Part shown: positions 28,776-40,835 of the stretch, piece after piece | How positions within the stretch are numbered: position 1 is the first letter of the stretch | Layout of the letters: every line of letters begins with the position of its first letter | DNA from: Eledone cirrhosa | Taxonomy: Eukaryota | Reading direction: 5' to 3' | Length of the DNA stretch: 64,000 nt | NCBI GenBank assembly: GCA_964016885.1 | Contig: OZ024740.1 | Coordinates: forward strand, 299,708,001 to 299,772,000 | The notes under the pieces: model-generated | What the model saw: only the letters and a program-made list of their open reading frames with translations | Databases searched by the model: none | What the model was told of the DNA's origin: nothing | Program-made: the position numbers and the translations under genes

Positions 28776-29217
28776 TTGGTTGAAGCTAAACGGTTGTTAG
28801 AACATATGGTTAAATAAAGTTATGATAGGAAGTTATTAAACGCTTAAAACGCTGCCTAGAGACTTAGAATGATATTCTAAGGGAACTTGTTATTTCTAGC
28901 CTGCAGCTGAATGGTGTGTGAAGAAATCTATCAAACGATAGGGTGGAGGTGAGTGAGCTTTTGGGGATGGGGACTGTTCAATAATGTTTAACATAATATA
29001 TTTTATTATGTGTGTTTGATTCGTTTAGGCGTTGAATGTTTCACAAAATGAACGTCTGTTATTTTACATCGTCATCTAATGTTAAACTGTAGTCTGTATG
29101 ATGCTTACTGAGAGATGATTGGTTTGGCTGTGTACAGGGTGAAGTGGTTGACTTGAGGGGAAATTATTAGTGAGTGGAAGGGTGTACTGCTGTTGACAGC
29201 ATGCTGGTACGCATGGA

Positions 29218-29747
29218 TGTATGTTTGTATGCGTGTATGTATGTGTGTGTATGTATGCATGTGTAGCGACGTGGTTAGTCAGTCTGGTCACTACTTCTGA
29301 TCAGATCCGAGAATAGTCCTTAGAAGGACTGTTATCGGATACGGTCTGATCAGATCTGAAGATAGCCCTTAAAAGAAATGTTGTCACTGGTGAGGATGGA
29401 CAGACGAAAGCACAAGTTGAAAAGGACGAAGCAAGGCGAGATGTAAATTCGATCAGTTATTTATATTCACATGAAGCGACGATACAAGGTACAAGGCGTG
29501 TGTGAGTGACAAAGCGTGGCAGAGTAAAGGAACAACGATACGCTAGCTGACTCTGCGAAAAGTCGACTGGCGAAAGTGTTTGGGATCACTCTATTTATAC
29601 AGAAATAATCGTTTGATGTTTAGACGCTGTGTAGGCGTTTATCCTGGTGGTTTCTAAGGGCTGTTTGTTTTGTTTCACGTTGAGGTAGCTAGCTAACAGA
29701 TAGATGGCCCTGTATATTTCACAGATGTTATTTTCGGTGGCTGTACA
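29218..29747 (-). repeat. 3' LTR
   Basis: Direct repeat of 34682-35212 with scattered substitutions. Confidence 0.93.
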
Positions 29748-30839
29748 TTAGCCCCCTGCCAGATCTTTTGTACAACAAAAGAGCGAAATATCGTATAGTA
29801 ATGGGCCAGTGGTGCATTTGTCATGACAATAGCCCCAGGAGTCTCCAGCACGTTGTGAAATTTTGTGATCATCGAGTACAGGACAGAGTCGATGTAGAGA
29901 TGATATGGCAAGATGTGTGTGTCAGGAAGAGAAAAAAGAAATAAACTATAAAATGATTTTGACCAGATTTATGCAGGAGTGATGAATGAGCCTGTTGCAA
30001 TTTGGGTTGAGCTGCCTATGCATTGCGCGACAAACAGTCTAACTGAGCAGTGAAGATAACCGTAATGTGTGAACTGAATGGCCGTAAGCATGTTGCCTAA
30101 AAGTAACAGTTTGCTCCACAGCATATGACTTGAGCTAATACATGTGGTAAACAAATAGCGAGGCATTCTCGAGCTATTGAATGAATGTGTACGGGAAAAA
30201 AGAAGGCCAGTGTTTTGAGGATGCGATTTGTGAAATGCGTGATCAAAGTGAAAACATTTTGTAGTGTAAGAGTTAGAGGGACACAAATATCTATGGCTCA
30301 GTGTAAGAACCAAAAGGTGAAACAAACGTGGTTTTGTAGTGTGCATGAAAAACAGAATATGTGCACGCCTTGTATGTATATAAAAATTATGGCAATTACA
30401 CAATCAATGTTACAGAACAAGACAAATACAAATTTTTGCAAAACAAGAGAGAGAAGAAAAAAAAAATGTTATACACAATGCTATACACACTGTTTGTTCT
30501 TAAATAGTGTTTGTAATAAATAATGTTCATTATAAATAATGTTCTTCGTGACATAAGCACATGGTCACTAAAAATTGCAATTGTTCAAGCAGAAAGTTCA
30601 TTGTATTTGAAACTGGAAATTGTAAACACAAGAAAAATGGAAATGTTTTGCACGAAGACTGATTAAGAAACTCACTTGAGGTTAACGGTAATTCACATAT
30701 TGTGCCAACTTGGCGGGCCAATGTACACGTCGTTCACTTCTCGTGACTGGAGATGAAACAGGTGGCTTGCTGGGACAGCAATCTGTTGGAGTTTCTGGTG
30801 TAGAGGCTGTAACAGTATCCATGATGGCTGTTTTTAATC

Positions 30840-33730
30840 TGTCCACGCTGACAGAATTCTGTTTACCATCTAGATCGAGAATATTTCGGATACTTTTTTA
30901 GAACACGATAAGGGCCAGAATATGGAGGTCGAAGATGAGCTGAGATGGTGTCGTTTCGAACGAAAACGTGTGTCCAATCTTTAATGTCTGAAGGTACGTG
31001 TGTGGCCGTGTTCTGTTGACGGGTGCTTGCAGGAGCAAGGTGAGACATATATTGGCGAAGACGTATGATCCTGGGTCTGGAATATCCTGAGGAGAGATGG
31101 GAGCAACCATCTGACCAGGTAGAACCAGGGTGGTGCCGTACACTAATTCTGCAGGTGTGTGTCCGAATTCCTCCTTAACGGTGGATCGAATGCCCAGAAG
31201 GATGAGTGGTAGGTATTCAAGCCAGTGGGTCTTGTCTGGATATGCTTTTATTGCAGCTTTCAAATGGCGATGGAATCTTTCCACGAGACAATTAGCTTGC
31301 GGGTGATAAGCTGTCGTGCGGATGTGTTTACATCCTAACAGGCGAGTCAGTTCCCTGAAGAGGTGGGAGTCAAACTGGCGTCCTCTGTCCGTTGTTAGTT
31401 ATCTTCGCTGGGGTGCCATAACGTGATACCCAGTGTAAAACCAAAGTTTTAGCGACTGTTTCCGCTGAGGTATCATTTATGGGAAAAGCCTCAGGCCAAC
31501 GGGAAAATTAAATCTATGCAGATGAACAAGTGTGTGTAGTTCTGTGTAGAGTCCGACGATATCGATATGCACATGATGAAAACGTGCATCAGGTTGCGCG
31601 AATGTGCCGAGTGGAATTTTGATGTATCTGTGGACTTTGGCTTTCTGGCAGGGAATGCAGCTCCTGGACCAGTCGCGCACGTTCTTGTTAATGTTAGTAC
31701 ACACAAAACGAGCAGAGATGAGTTTCCGTGTAGCCCGGATTCCCGGGTTAGATAAGCAGTGTAAAGCAGAAAAAATTTGTCGGCGATGCATCTGTGGTAC
31801 GTACGGTCGTTCATGACCGGTAGAAAGGTCGCACCAAATTTGTCGTGGAGAAGAAGGAATGGGAACTTGCTGAAACCTAAGAGATGGCGAATCTCGGAGC
31901 TTGATAAACTCTTCGTCAGTCTCTTGGTCAGCTGCGATCTGTTGAAGGTCGATCGATGCCTGAATGCACATGTATTGCGTTCAGCTGGATTCGGGACAGG
32001 GCGTCGGCTGCTACGTTATCTGATCCCTTGATATGCCGAATATCAGTTGAATATTGGGAGACAAAATCCAGGTATCGGAGTTCTCTCGGTGAATGTCGAT
32101 CAGGTTTGGTACGGAACGCATAAACTAGTGGTTTATGGTCCGTGTAGATCACGAAATCTGATCCTTCGAGCATGTGCCGAAAATGCTTAACCGAAAGATA
32201 GGTACTGTATTTCGTTTCTGCCGGTTGCAACCACTTAGAAAAGCAGGATAAGAGTTGCCACACACCGTCGACATGTTGTTGTAAAACGCCTCCAACCCAC
32301 GTGTCTGATGCGTCCACTAGCAGCGTAAGAAGAGGGCCAGACCTGGGGAAAACGAGCATGGAAGCGTTTGCCAACATTTCCTTCAGGTGGTTAAAAGATG
32401 TTAATTCTTCCTCGTTTAGAGTGATCTCTTCGTTTTTGCGAGTCCGATTACGAAGAAGGTCCGTGAGGAGTCTGGCTACGTCGAAACAATGAGGGATGAA
32501 CCGCCTATAAAAATTCACCAGACCGAGGAATTCACGCAGTTTCCGAAGTGATGTAGTTGCGGGAAAACTGCGGATAGCTTCTACTTTCTCGGGAAGTGGA
32601 CGAATGCCGTCTTTATCGATGATGTGCCCGAGAAAGGACAGTGAAGGAACGCCGAGAAGGCACTTGCTCGGGTTGATGATGATACCGTACTCAGCCAAAC
32701 GTTGGAAAAGGAGATCTAAGTGCTTCTCGTGTTCTTGCTCGGAAGTACTTGCTACCAGCACGTCGTCAATATACGCGTATACGAAGGGTAAATCGCGTAA
32801 CACTGTGTCAATAAACCGCTGAAAAGTTTGTGCAACGTTGCGCAGACCGAACGGCATTCACAGGAATTCGAATAAACCGAACGGCGTTGTGATTGCGGTC
32901 TTCGGAATATCTGCAGGCTCCATAGGTATCTGGTTATATGCAAGCACTAAATCTATCTTGGAAAAGATGCGTGCGCTTTGCAGAGAGGCAGAAAAGTCGT
33001 GCAAGTGAGGTACAGGGTAATTATCGGGCACTGTAGAATTGTTAAGTGCACGATAATCCCCACATGGTCGCCAATCATTCTCGGTTTTTTTAGGAACAAG
33101 GTGTAGGGGTGCAGACCAGTTGCTGGTGGAAGGGCGAATGATTCCGAGGTCCAGCATGTGTTGGAACTCCTGCTTGGCGATTCTCAATCGGTCTGGAGGC
33201 AGTCTCCTTGGTCGGACAGCTGTGGGTGGTCCTCTTGTCTCGATGTGGTGTGTGACACTATGCTTAATAGAACCATCCTTAAATACCGGGCGAGTGATGT
33301 CTGGGTATTTCTGGAGGATGCCGTTGAACCGCGAAGGCTCCGACTGGCAAATTACAGGGCTCACTGTGGATTGCGTGGTAAATATACCTCTCACAGTGAG
33401 GTTTGTGGTGGTGTCAATAAGCCTCCGGTTCTTCATGTCCACCAGAAGGTTGAAGAGGTGGAGAAAATCGGCTCCTAAGACAGGGGTCGGCAGGTCTGCC
33501 ACGACGAACACCCATTGAAAACGCTGCCTCAGGCCTAAATTGAGTGTCAGTGATTTTTCCCCGAAAGTCAGAATTGATGATCGGTTCCCTGCCTGCAGAA
33601 AGGACGGTGTTGGGTGTCTTTTGCCCGAGATTAGTGAAACAGGAATACACTAACCTGGGCTCCTGTATCCACGAGGTAACGGATGCCTGTCGCCTGGTCC
33701 TTAATAAAAAATAGACGACTTTTCTTTTCA
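30840..33730 (-). pseudogene. pol: pol (PR-RT-RH-IN), broken by stops and frameshifts
   Basis: [10 protein letters not shown]; ORFs 32858-33511 and 31928-32857 in frame across one TGA ([37 protein letters not shown]); integrase pieces 31477-31971 and 30898-31284. Confidence 0.9.
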
Positions 33731-33752
33731 GTACCAGGGGTGAACGTCGTCG

Positions 33753-34622
33753 CTAGGCCCTGGTCTGCCCGTTTCCCTGGGTGGTATTCTGGAAAGAGCA
33801 CGGGGTCCTACACTTAGATGCCTGTGCGCCGAATTCTTCGTGATACCAGCAGAGGTTGCCAGACACACGATTATGACTGGGACTTCTGGATCTTCGACGG
33901 TGAAAGGGCCTGGATCGACTGTTGCTGCGCCGCCGGTGTGTTTGCAAGGTCAGGCTCTCTAATTGGTTTGAGAGGGCTTTAATTTGACCAGCCTGCTCTC
34001 TGACCATAGCCCGCAGCTCTGAAGTCTCGGAGGTGGAGTCCGAGGACGCTACGTAAGGGTTCGTCCGACGATCTACCTGTGCTACTGAGGCAAAAGGGTT
34101 TGACACCTCAGCGATCTTATCTGCGACACTCACCAGTTCTTCCGGGGTTGCTGACTCGTTAGTCGACGCCAGAATGCCCTGCATCGATAAGGGCAAGCGC
34201 TGTATAAACAGCCGTTTGAGCAGATCTTCTGAAAGCGTCTGGTCCTCCATCAGCTGTCTCATCTTTCGCAATAGTTGGGACGGTTTTCTGTCCCCCGATT
34301 CCTCTGCAGACACGAGTTGGTTGAGTCGTCTCTGCTGTGACGCGGTCGTCCGCTTGATCAATTCCTTGCGGAATGATTCATATGACACCGTGCCCGGTGG
34401 TCCCATGACAAGGTCCCTCACCTCAGCCAAGACTTCTGGCGGGACAGACCCAATGATGTAGGCGAGCTTTGCGGAATCGCTCTTAATACTGTTAGCGTTG
34501 AATTGGGTTTCTATGTGAGCGAACCACAGAGTCGTGTCGTTGGACCAAAAAACGGGGACTTTCAATGTTAACGTCGCTTGTGTGGTTGGTATCTCGGCCT
34601 CTGTCGTTTGTGGCATGTCCAT
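33753..34622 (-). CDS. gag: Gag of CsRn1-type Gypsy element
   Basis: Open 289 aa ORF: FWSNDTTLWFAHIE, GDRKPSQLLRKM, CWYHEEFGAQASKCRTPC (C-X2-H-X9-C-X3-C). Confidence 0.9.
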   Translation of the reverse strand: MDMPQTTEAEIPTTQATLTLKVPVFWSNDTTLWFAHIETQFNANSIKSDSAKLAYIIGSVPPEVLAEVRDLVMGPPGTVSYESFRKELIKRTTASQQRRLNQLVSAEESGDRKPSQLLRKMRQLMEDQTLSEDLLKRLFIQRLPLSMQGILASTNESATPEELVSVADKIAEVSNPFASVAQVDRRTNPYVASSDSTSETSELRAMVREQAGQIKALSNQLESLTLQTHRRRSNSRSRPFHRRRSRSPSHNRVSGNLCWYHEEFGAQASKCRTPCSFQNTTQGNGQTRA

Positions 34623-34647
34623 TTTTGTATTTTCTTATGTGCTATCT

Positions 34648-34679
34648 GGTTGCGCGTTCGAATCACGTCGGGGTCACCA
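34648..34679 (-). promoter_or_regulatory. primer binding site complementary to tRNA-Trp (extended)
   Basis: TGGTGACCCCGACGTGATTCGAACGCGCAACC begins 2 nt inside the 5' LTR boundary. Confidence 0.9.
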
Positions 34680-34681
34680 AT

Positions 34682-35212
34682 TGTATGTTTGTATGCGTGT
34701 ATGTATGTGTGTGTGTATGTATGCATGTTTAGCGACGTGGTTAGTCTTCTGGTCACTACTTCTGATCAGATCCGAGAATAGTCCTTAGAAGAACTGTTAT
34801 CGCATACGGTCTGATCAGATCTGAAGATAGCCCTTAAAAGAACTGTTGTCACTGGTGAGGATGGACAGACGAAAGCACAAGTTGAAAAGGACGAAGCAAC
34901 GCGAGATGTAAATTCGATCAGTTATTTATATTCACATGAAGTGACGATACAAGGTACAAGGCGTGTGTGAGTGACAAAGCGTGGCAGAGTAAAGGAACAA
35001 CGATACGCTAGCTGACTCTGCGAAAAGTCGACTGGCAAAAGTGTTTGGGATCACTCTATGTTTACAGAAATAATCGTTTGATGTTTAAACGCTGTGTAGG
35101 CGTTTATTCTGATGGTTTCTAAGGGCTGTTTGTTTTGTTCCACGTTGAGGTAGCTAGCTAACAGATAGATGGTGCTGTATATTTCACAGATGTTATTTCC
35201 GGTGGCTGTACT
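34682..35212 (-). repeat. 5' LTR
   Basis: Direct repeat of 29218-29747. Confidence 0.93.
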
Positions 35213-35213
35213 C

Positions 35214-35248
<35 letters not shown>

Positions 35249-35274
35249 TTTTTTTGTTTTTTTTTGGAAGAGCG

Positions 35275-36996
35275 AGATACTTCCAGTCTTCATTAAGACA
35301 TCTGTCCAGGAGAAGTTTACTTTGATATAAAGCCTGCGATGTCGATTGAATCCAATGGTGTAGATCGTTTCTTCTTTTGGAGCAAATAAATTCCATGTCC
35401 AGAGAGTGGGATTGGCCCGGTGCAAAGCCTTTCCTGACATAAAAAAGGCTTCAAGCACATGCATCACTTGATATGTGACGTTGTCCTGCTATGCGAAGTA
35501 TTGTTGGCCATAGGCAAGGCTGAAAGGCCACGTCAGTGATATACATGCTTATATATCAAGCGATGGCATTACTCGAAATTGAGCTGCCACTATGATCATG
35601 TATGTATGTATGTATGTATGTATGTATGTATGTATGTGAAGGACCCCTAGCCTTTGTCAGGGCATTCTTCTAGGAGAAGGCAACTCAGGAAACTGGGATA
35701 ACTCCGATATAAAACCTGCGGCTCAGTAGTTACCGATGATGTTGATATTTTCTTCTTTTCAGGTTATAGCTACTGTCACTCAGAGAGTGGGATTGGCTCA
35801 GTGCACAGTCTTTCCTCATTTAAAAAAATATCTTCATGCACAGGCATTGCACGATAGAATTAATAAATAATTATTAATAATGGTATATCGTGCAATGGCC
35901 ATACTCGATAACGAGGGGGCAGCCATCATGTATGTACGTATGTCACGTCACCAGTTGGTGCTACTGGTAACATGTATCCCAGTACAACCTGTCCCATGGT
36001 CGGGTCGTTGGCGACTAAACTGGCAACCCTATCAAGGTTTCTTGGTGAGGAGGGTGACTTTGGACATCCTGCAGGATTAAAACAAAATCTGTCAAAGGGA
36101 AAAGGAGCTCTTCAGAGTCAATGGCCATCCAAAATCACCGGGAGAGATGACCCCTTGGCCTTTGTCAAGGCAGAATTCTGGGAGAAGGAAAGCTCTGATA
36201 TAACACCTTTAACTCTAATGGTATCCAATGATGTTGACTTGTTCTTATTTTTGGTAAATATCATCTTGGTTAAGAGAGTGGGACTGGCTTCGTGCAGTGC
36301 CTTTGCTCACTATAAAAGCTTCACGGCACAGGCATTGCTTTATATCTGGAGATCTCTCTGCACTTGTCGTCACATGGTACCATGGGCCCAGCACTATGTG
36401 TCAATAATTGTCACAAGTGTAGTGTTTGTACCAGAGTTTTCAAGTCGCTGGCTGGACTAAAATATCACACTCGTTCAGCGCATCGGTAGGGGTTGTCCTA
36501 CATGGATATAAACTAGTGGCAGTACTCGAAAACGAGTTGGCAGCCACCATATATGTATGTATGTATAACACGTGTAAATATGTATATATATGTGTGTATG
36601 TATAAATGTATATACATGTATACATATGTGTATATATGCGTGAGGACATAGAAATAATCAGGCTGGATACCCGATCGCACGGTTAAGCCACTGGGAGTGA
36701 AGGACCACTAGCCTTTGTCAGGGCATTCTTCTAGGAGAAGGTAACTCAGGAAATTGGGATAACTCCCATATAAAACCTGCGTCTCTGTAGTTACCGATGA
36801 TGTTGATCTTTTCTTCTTTTCGGGTTATAGCTACTGTCACTTCAAGAGTGGGATTGGCTCAGTGCACAGTCTTTCCTCACTTTAGCACGATATGATTAAT
36901 TGATTCCTCACTTTTGCACGATAGCATTAATTGATAATTATTAATAATGTTATATTGTGCAATGGCCATACTCGATAACGAGGGGGCAGCCATCAT
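35275..36996 (+). mobile_element. head-to-tail stack of four related non-autonomous retroelements (about 35275-35597, 35638-35930, 35940-36550, 36645-36996)
   Basis: Shared GGAGAAG...GATATAA.ACCT and GAGTGGGA.TGGC motifs and similar ...GCAGCCA.CAT/GCTGCCAC 3' ends; separated by (TATG)n. Confidence 0.75.
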
Positions 36997-37614
36997 GTAT
37001 ATATAAATGTATGTATATGCTTGTGTGTGTACATGAGTGTGCGTGTGTTTAGATTTACAGTGGGAAAAATAATTCCATACATGTATTATTTAAGATATAC
37101 GAGGAATTCCGCAATACAGGAAAAACGTAATGTCGAAAAAGTGCATTAGCTTCGGTAAAATGAATGTAAATTCATATAATTGGGTATACACATCATGTGT
37201 AGCCAGACGGTTAATATACTCTACTGCAATCGGTTACATGGGATCCATTGGTGCAATTGTTAACGCATCCGTCCGGCATCCTGGATATAGAGGATTGTAT
37301 TCCTCTGTCACCCTTTTCTCTTCCCAGTGGACTTCATTCTATTTTCTCAACTATTATTCATAGTGAAGGATTATTATTATTATAATCGTTCACGTAGCAA
37401 TGACTAAATTTCAAATTTTATATAAATACATGTCTATATATACACAATTATATATTATTTTGTGTATGTGTTGGTTGTTTAGTATTCAGTATGCAGGGTG
37501 TAGCACTCAACGAAGTGCGCAGGTAGGTCTGTTTACTCCAGATTAATGTAAAAACAAGAAGTGTAAGTCAACAGGGTAAAATTAGCTTCGTTCATTCATA
37601 TTTGCTGCTTTATA

Positions 37615-37908
37615 TATATTTTAGTGATAGCCATTATTCAACAGCTATGACCTCATCAGAGAGTAAGAACTTGAACAGAAAAAACAGGAAAACATGTAAT
37701 AGATTTTACCTTGTAAATTCATTCATATGTTCAAATCCAGATTGTGGGGTTAGTCTTCTAAGGAACTAGAAGCATATCCTTAGAAGACTAACACCACACT
37801 CTGGATGTGATCATATCAATGGATTTGCATTATGTTTTCCTGTTTTTTTTCTGTCCTTACTTCCTGATGAGGTCATAGCTGTTGAATAATGGCTATCAGT
37901 GAAATATA
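37615..37908. repeat. fold-back inverted repeat with a partial hammerhead core at each outer end; third arm copy at 38482-38565
   Basis: Inner arms GTTAGTCTTCTAAGGA / TCCTTAGAAGACTAAC around a 12 nt loop; right arm has CTGATGA-GGTCATAGCTGTT-GAAT-AATGGCTATCAGT-GAAA (left arm has AAAA in place of GAAA). Confidence 0.85.
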
Positions 37909-37912
37909 AATT

Positions 37913-37981
<69 letters not shown>

Positions 37982-38011
37982 AAACAATAGAGGTGTAACA
38001 CAGAAGTTATG

Positions 38012-38382
38012 ATATATTGGTAAATGGAATAGAAAATGCTGACAAATTGTTCACAGTGAAAAATAGTTTAATTACGATTAAGTGAGAATTAGTAATAGTA
38101 TTGGTTAGTATTCAGTTCTGGTTTTTAGTTTTACCGGTTGCGCATTTCTAATGCTTTTCAAAAATAATTTTGAGATAGAGCGTCCGTGATGTTTGCTCAG
38201 ATCAGAGCAAACATCACGGACTCTCTATCTCAAAATTATTTTTGAAAAGCATTAGAAATGCGCAACCGGTAAAACTAAAAACCAGACCTGAATACTAACC
38301 AATACTATTACTAATTCTCACTTATTCCTAATTAAACTATTTTTCACTGTGAACAATTTGTCAGCATTTTCTATTCCGTTTA

Positions 38383-38392
<10 letters not shown>
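38012..38392. repeat. near-perfect palindrome of about 380 bp (two ~190 bp units head-to-head); single unit at 60096-60284
   Basis: Centre GCTC-AGATCA-GAGC at 38195-38208; arms match by eye to the (A)TATATTGGTAAA / TTTACCAATATAT ends. Confidence 0.92.
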
Positions 38393-38469
<77 letters not shown>

Positions 38470-38595
38470 CTGTGTGTGTGTATTATGTTTTCCTGTTTTT
38501 TCTGTCCAAGTTCTTACTGCCTGATGATGTCATAGCTGTTGAATAATAGCTATCACTGAAATATATAATATATATATGTGTGTGTGTGTGTGTGT

Positions 38596-38655
<60 letters not shown>

Positions 38656-38799
38656 ATATATATATAGAGAGAGAGAGAAAGAAAGAGAGAGGGAAAATCA
38701 AAATGTTTTAAGATTAAGGCTTTCAATACAAATTAAGTTATGCAGGAAAAGTGATAATAAAGATTTGTAAAAATGGGATTTTACCTAAAGTGATATTTA

Positions 38800-40835
38800 T
38801 TATACAAGCTCCGAATTGTCATATTAACCCACACTATATTACCATCGTCACAGTGAGTCACCCTAGCTCCATATATCCATACTGTTTCACTGAAGCTACC
38901 CAGTTCCAATGTGTGCAACCCTTGCTCCGCAGTGCCATATTGTGGCACCCTAGCTCCGAAGTGAAATATCTTGACACCCTCTCTTCCCATTGCCATACTG
39001 CGACATTTTAGTTCCATATTTGCATACTGCGGCACTGAAGCCATTTCCATAGTGTGTCACCTTAGGTCAAACTCCGCAGTGACATGGTGCGGCACCCTAG
39101 CTCCAAAGTGCCATAATTTCCCACACTATCTCCCCATTGCCATAGGGCTTCACCCTAGGTCCATATTTCCCTACTGCTTCCCTGAAGCTCCCTAGCTACA
39201 AAGTGTGTCGCCCTGGCTCCGCAGTGCCATAGTGCCGCATCCTAGCTCCGAAGTTCAGTATTTTCCATCTTATCTCTCCATTGCTATACTGCAATCGTGC
39301 ATGCTGTATTACTTTAACATCCTAGTACCATGGTGTGCCACCCTATCTCCGCAGTGCCATAGGTCGGCACCCTAGCTTCAAAGTGCCAGATTTTCCTACA
39401 CTATCTCCCTATGTCCACAGGAGATCACCGTAACTCCATATTTCTATAGTGTGTCCCTGAAGCTCCCCATTAACATAGTGTGTCACCCTAGTTCCGCTGA
39501 GTCATAGGGTGGCACCCTCGCTTAAAGTGTCATATTCTCCCACACTCCCTATTGCCATAGGGGATCACCGTAACTCCATATTTCCATACTGTGTCCTTGA
39601 AGCCCCCATTAACATAGTGTGCTATTCTAGCCCCGCAGTGCCATAATGCGGCACCCTATCTCCAAAGTGGTGTATCTTGCCACCATAATCTCTCCTTACT
39701 GCAACATATATTTCCATATTTCCATACTGTGTCACTCAAATTTCAAGGTACCATAGTCTTCCACCATAGCTCCGCAGTGCCATACAACCACACCCTAGCT
39801 TCAAAGTGCCATATTTACCACACTATAACCCCATTGTCACAGGAGGTTATCCTAGCTTTATATTGTCTTACTGTGTCACTTAATCTCCTCAAGTCCATAG
39901 TGTGTCCCCCTAGCTCCGCAGCGCCATAGTGTGGCACCCTAACTCCGATGTGCTGTCTTCTGTTACCCTCTTTCTCAGTTCCGATAATGCGGCATTCTAG
40001 TTTCCTATTTACATGCAGTGTCATTCACACTTCCCAGTTCCACAGACTCCCATCCTAGCTCCGCAGTGCCATAGTACGACACCCTAGCTTCAAAATGCCA
40101 TAGTTTACCACATTATCTCCCCATTGCCCTCGACCATATTTTCAGACTGCGTCATTGAAGCTCCCCAGTACCGTTGTGTGCCACCCTAGCTCTGCAGTGC
40201 TATAGTGCGGCACCCTAGCTCTGGAGTGCCTTATTTTAACAAGCTATTTCCACATTGACATAGTGCGACACCCTAGTTTCATATTTCTATATTGTGTCAC
40301 TCAAGCATTCCAGTGCCATAATTTCCAACCGTAGTACCGCAGTTCCGCACTGCGGAACCCTAGCTTCAAATGCCATATTTTGCCCCATTTCATTTCCATT
40401 ACCATAGGGGGTCACCCTAGCTCCATATTTCCATACTGTGTATCTGAAGCTCCCCAGTCCCCTAGTGTGCCGCCCTAGCATCGCAGTGCAATAGTGCGGA
40501 AGCCTAGCTCCAAAGTGCCATATTTTCCCACACTATCTCGCCATTACCATACTGCGAAATCCTAACCACCCAGATAAATAGTGTGCCACCCTAGCTCTGA
40601 GTACCATAGTACAGCACATTTGCTTCCGAGTGCCTTATTTTGTCACCCAATTTCACAATGCCATAAGGCTCCACCCTAGCTCCATATTTCCATATTGTGT
40701 CACTCAATTTTCCCAGCGCCATACTGCGTCTCCATAGCTCCTCGGTGCCACTGTGTGGCACCCTATCTTCGAAGAACCGTATTTTACTACCCTATGTCCC
40801 TATATTTTACTACCCAATGTTCCCAGTGTCATACT
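38800..40835. repeat. degenerate complex minisatellite (short subrepeats in a roughly 140 bp higher-order unit)
   Basis: Recurring CACCCTAGCTCC, GCAGTGCCATAGTG, CCATATTTCCATACTGTG. Confidence 0.85.

Larger units (their letters stand above)
29218..35212 (-). mobile_element. full-length Ty3/Gypsy LTR retrotransposon, CsRn1 clade (decayed pol)
   Basis: About 530 bp LTRs (TGTA...TACA) at 29218-29747 and 34682-35212; tRNA-Trp PBS; PPT GGCAGGGGG next to the left LTR; gag with CHCC motif; protease DTG; RT YIDD; RNase H; integrase ERFHRHLK and GPY. Confidence 0.95.

Noticed and set aside
34648-34679. tRNA-Trp gene
   Set aside because: Only the 3' half, with encoded CCA and adjacent to an LTR, so it is a PBS
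26492-36460. Three near-identical 80 aa ORFs MVSNDVDLFF...
   Set aside because: They are copies of one young repeat; no recognisable domain, and conservation reflects repeat identity
36658-36700. HDV-like ribozyme at the 5' end of an element
   Set aside because: Could not build P1.1, P2 and P4 convincingly
38800-40835. CRISPR-like appearance of recurring short motifs
   Set aside because: The sequences between motifs are themselves repeated and degenerate; eukaryotic context and no cas genes
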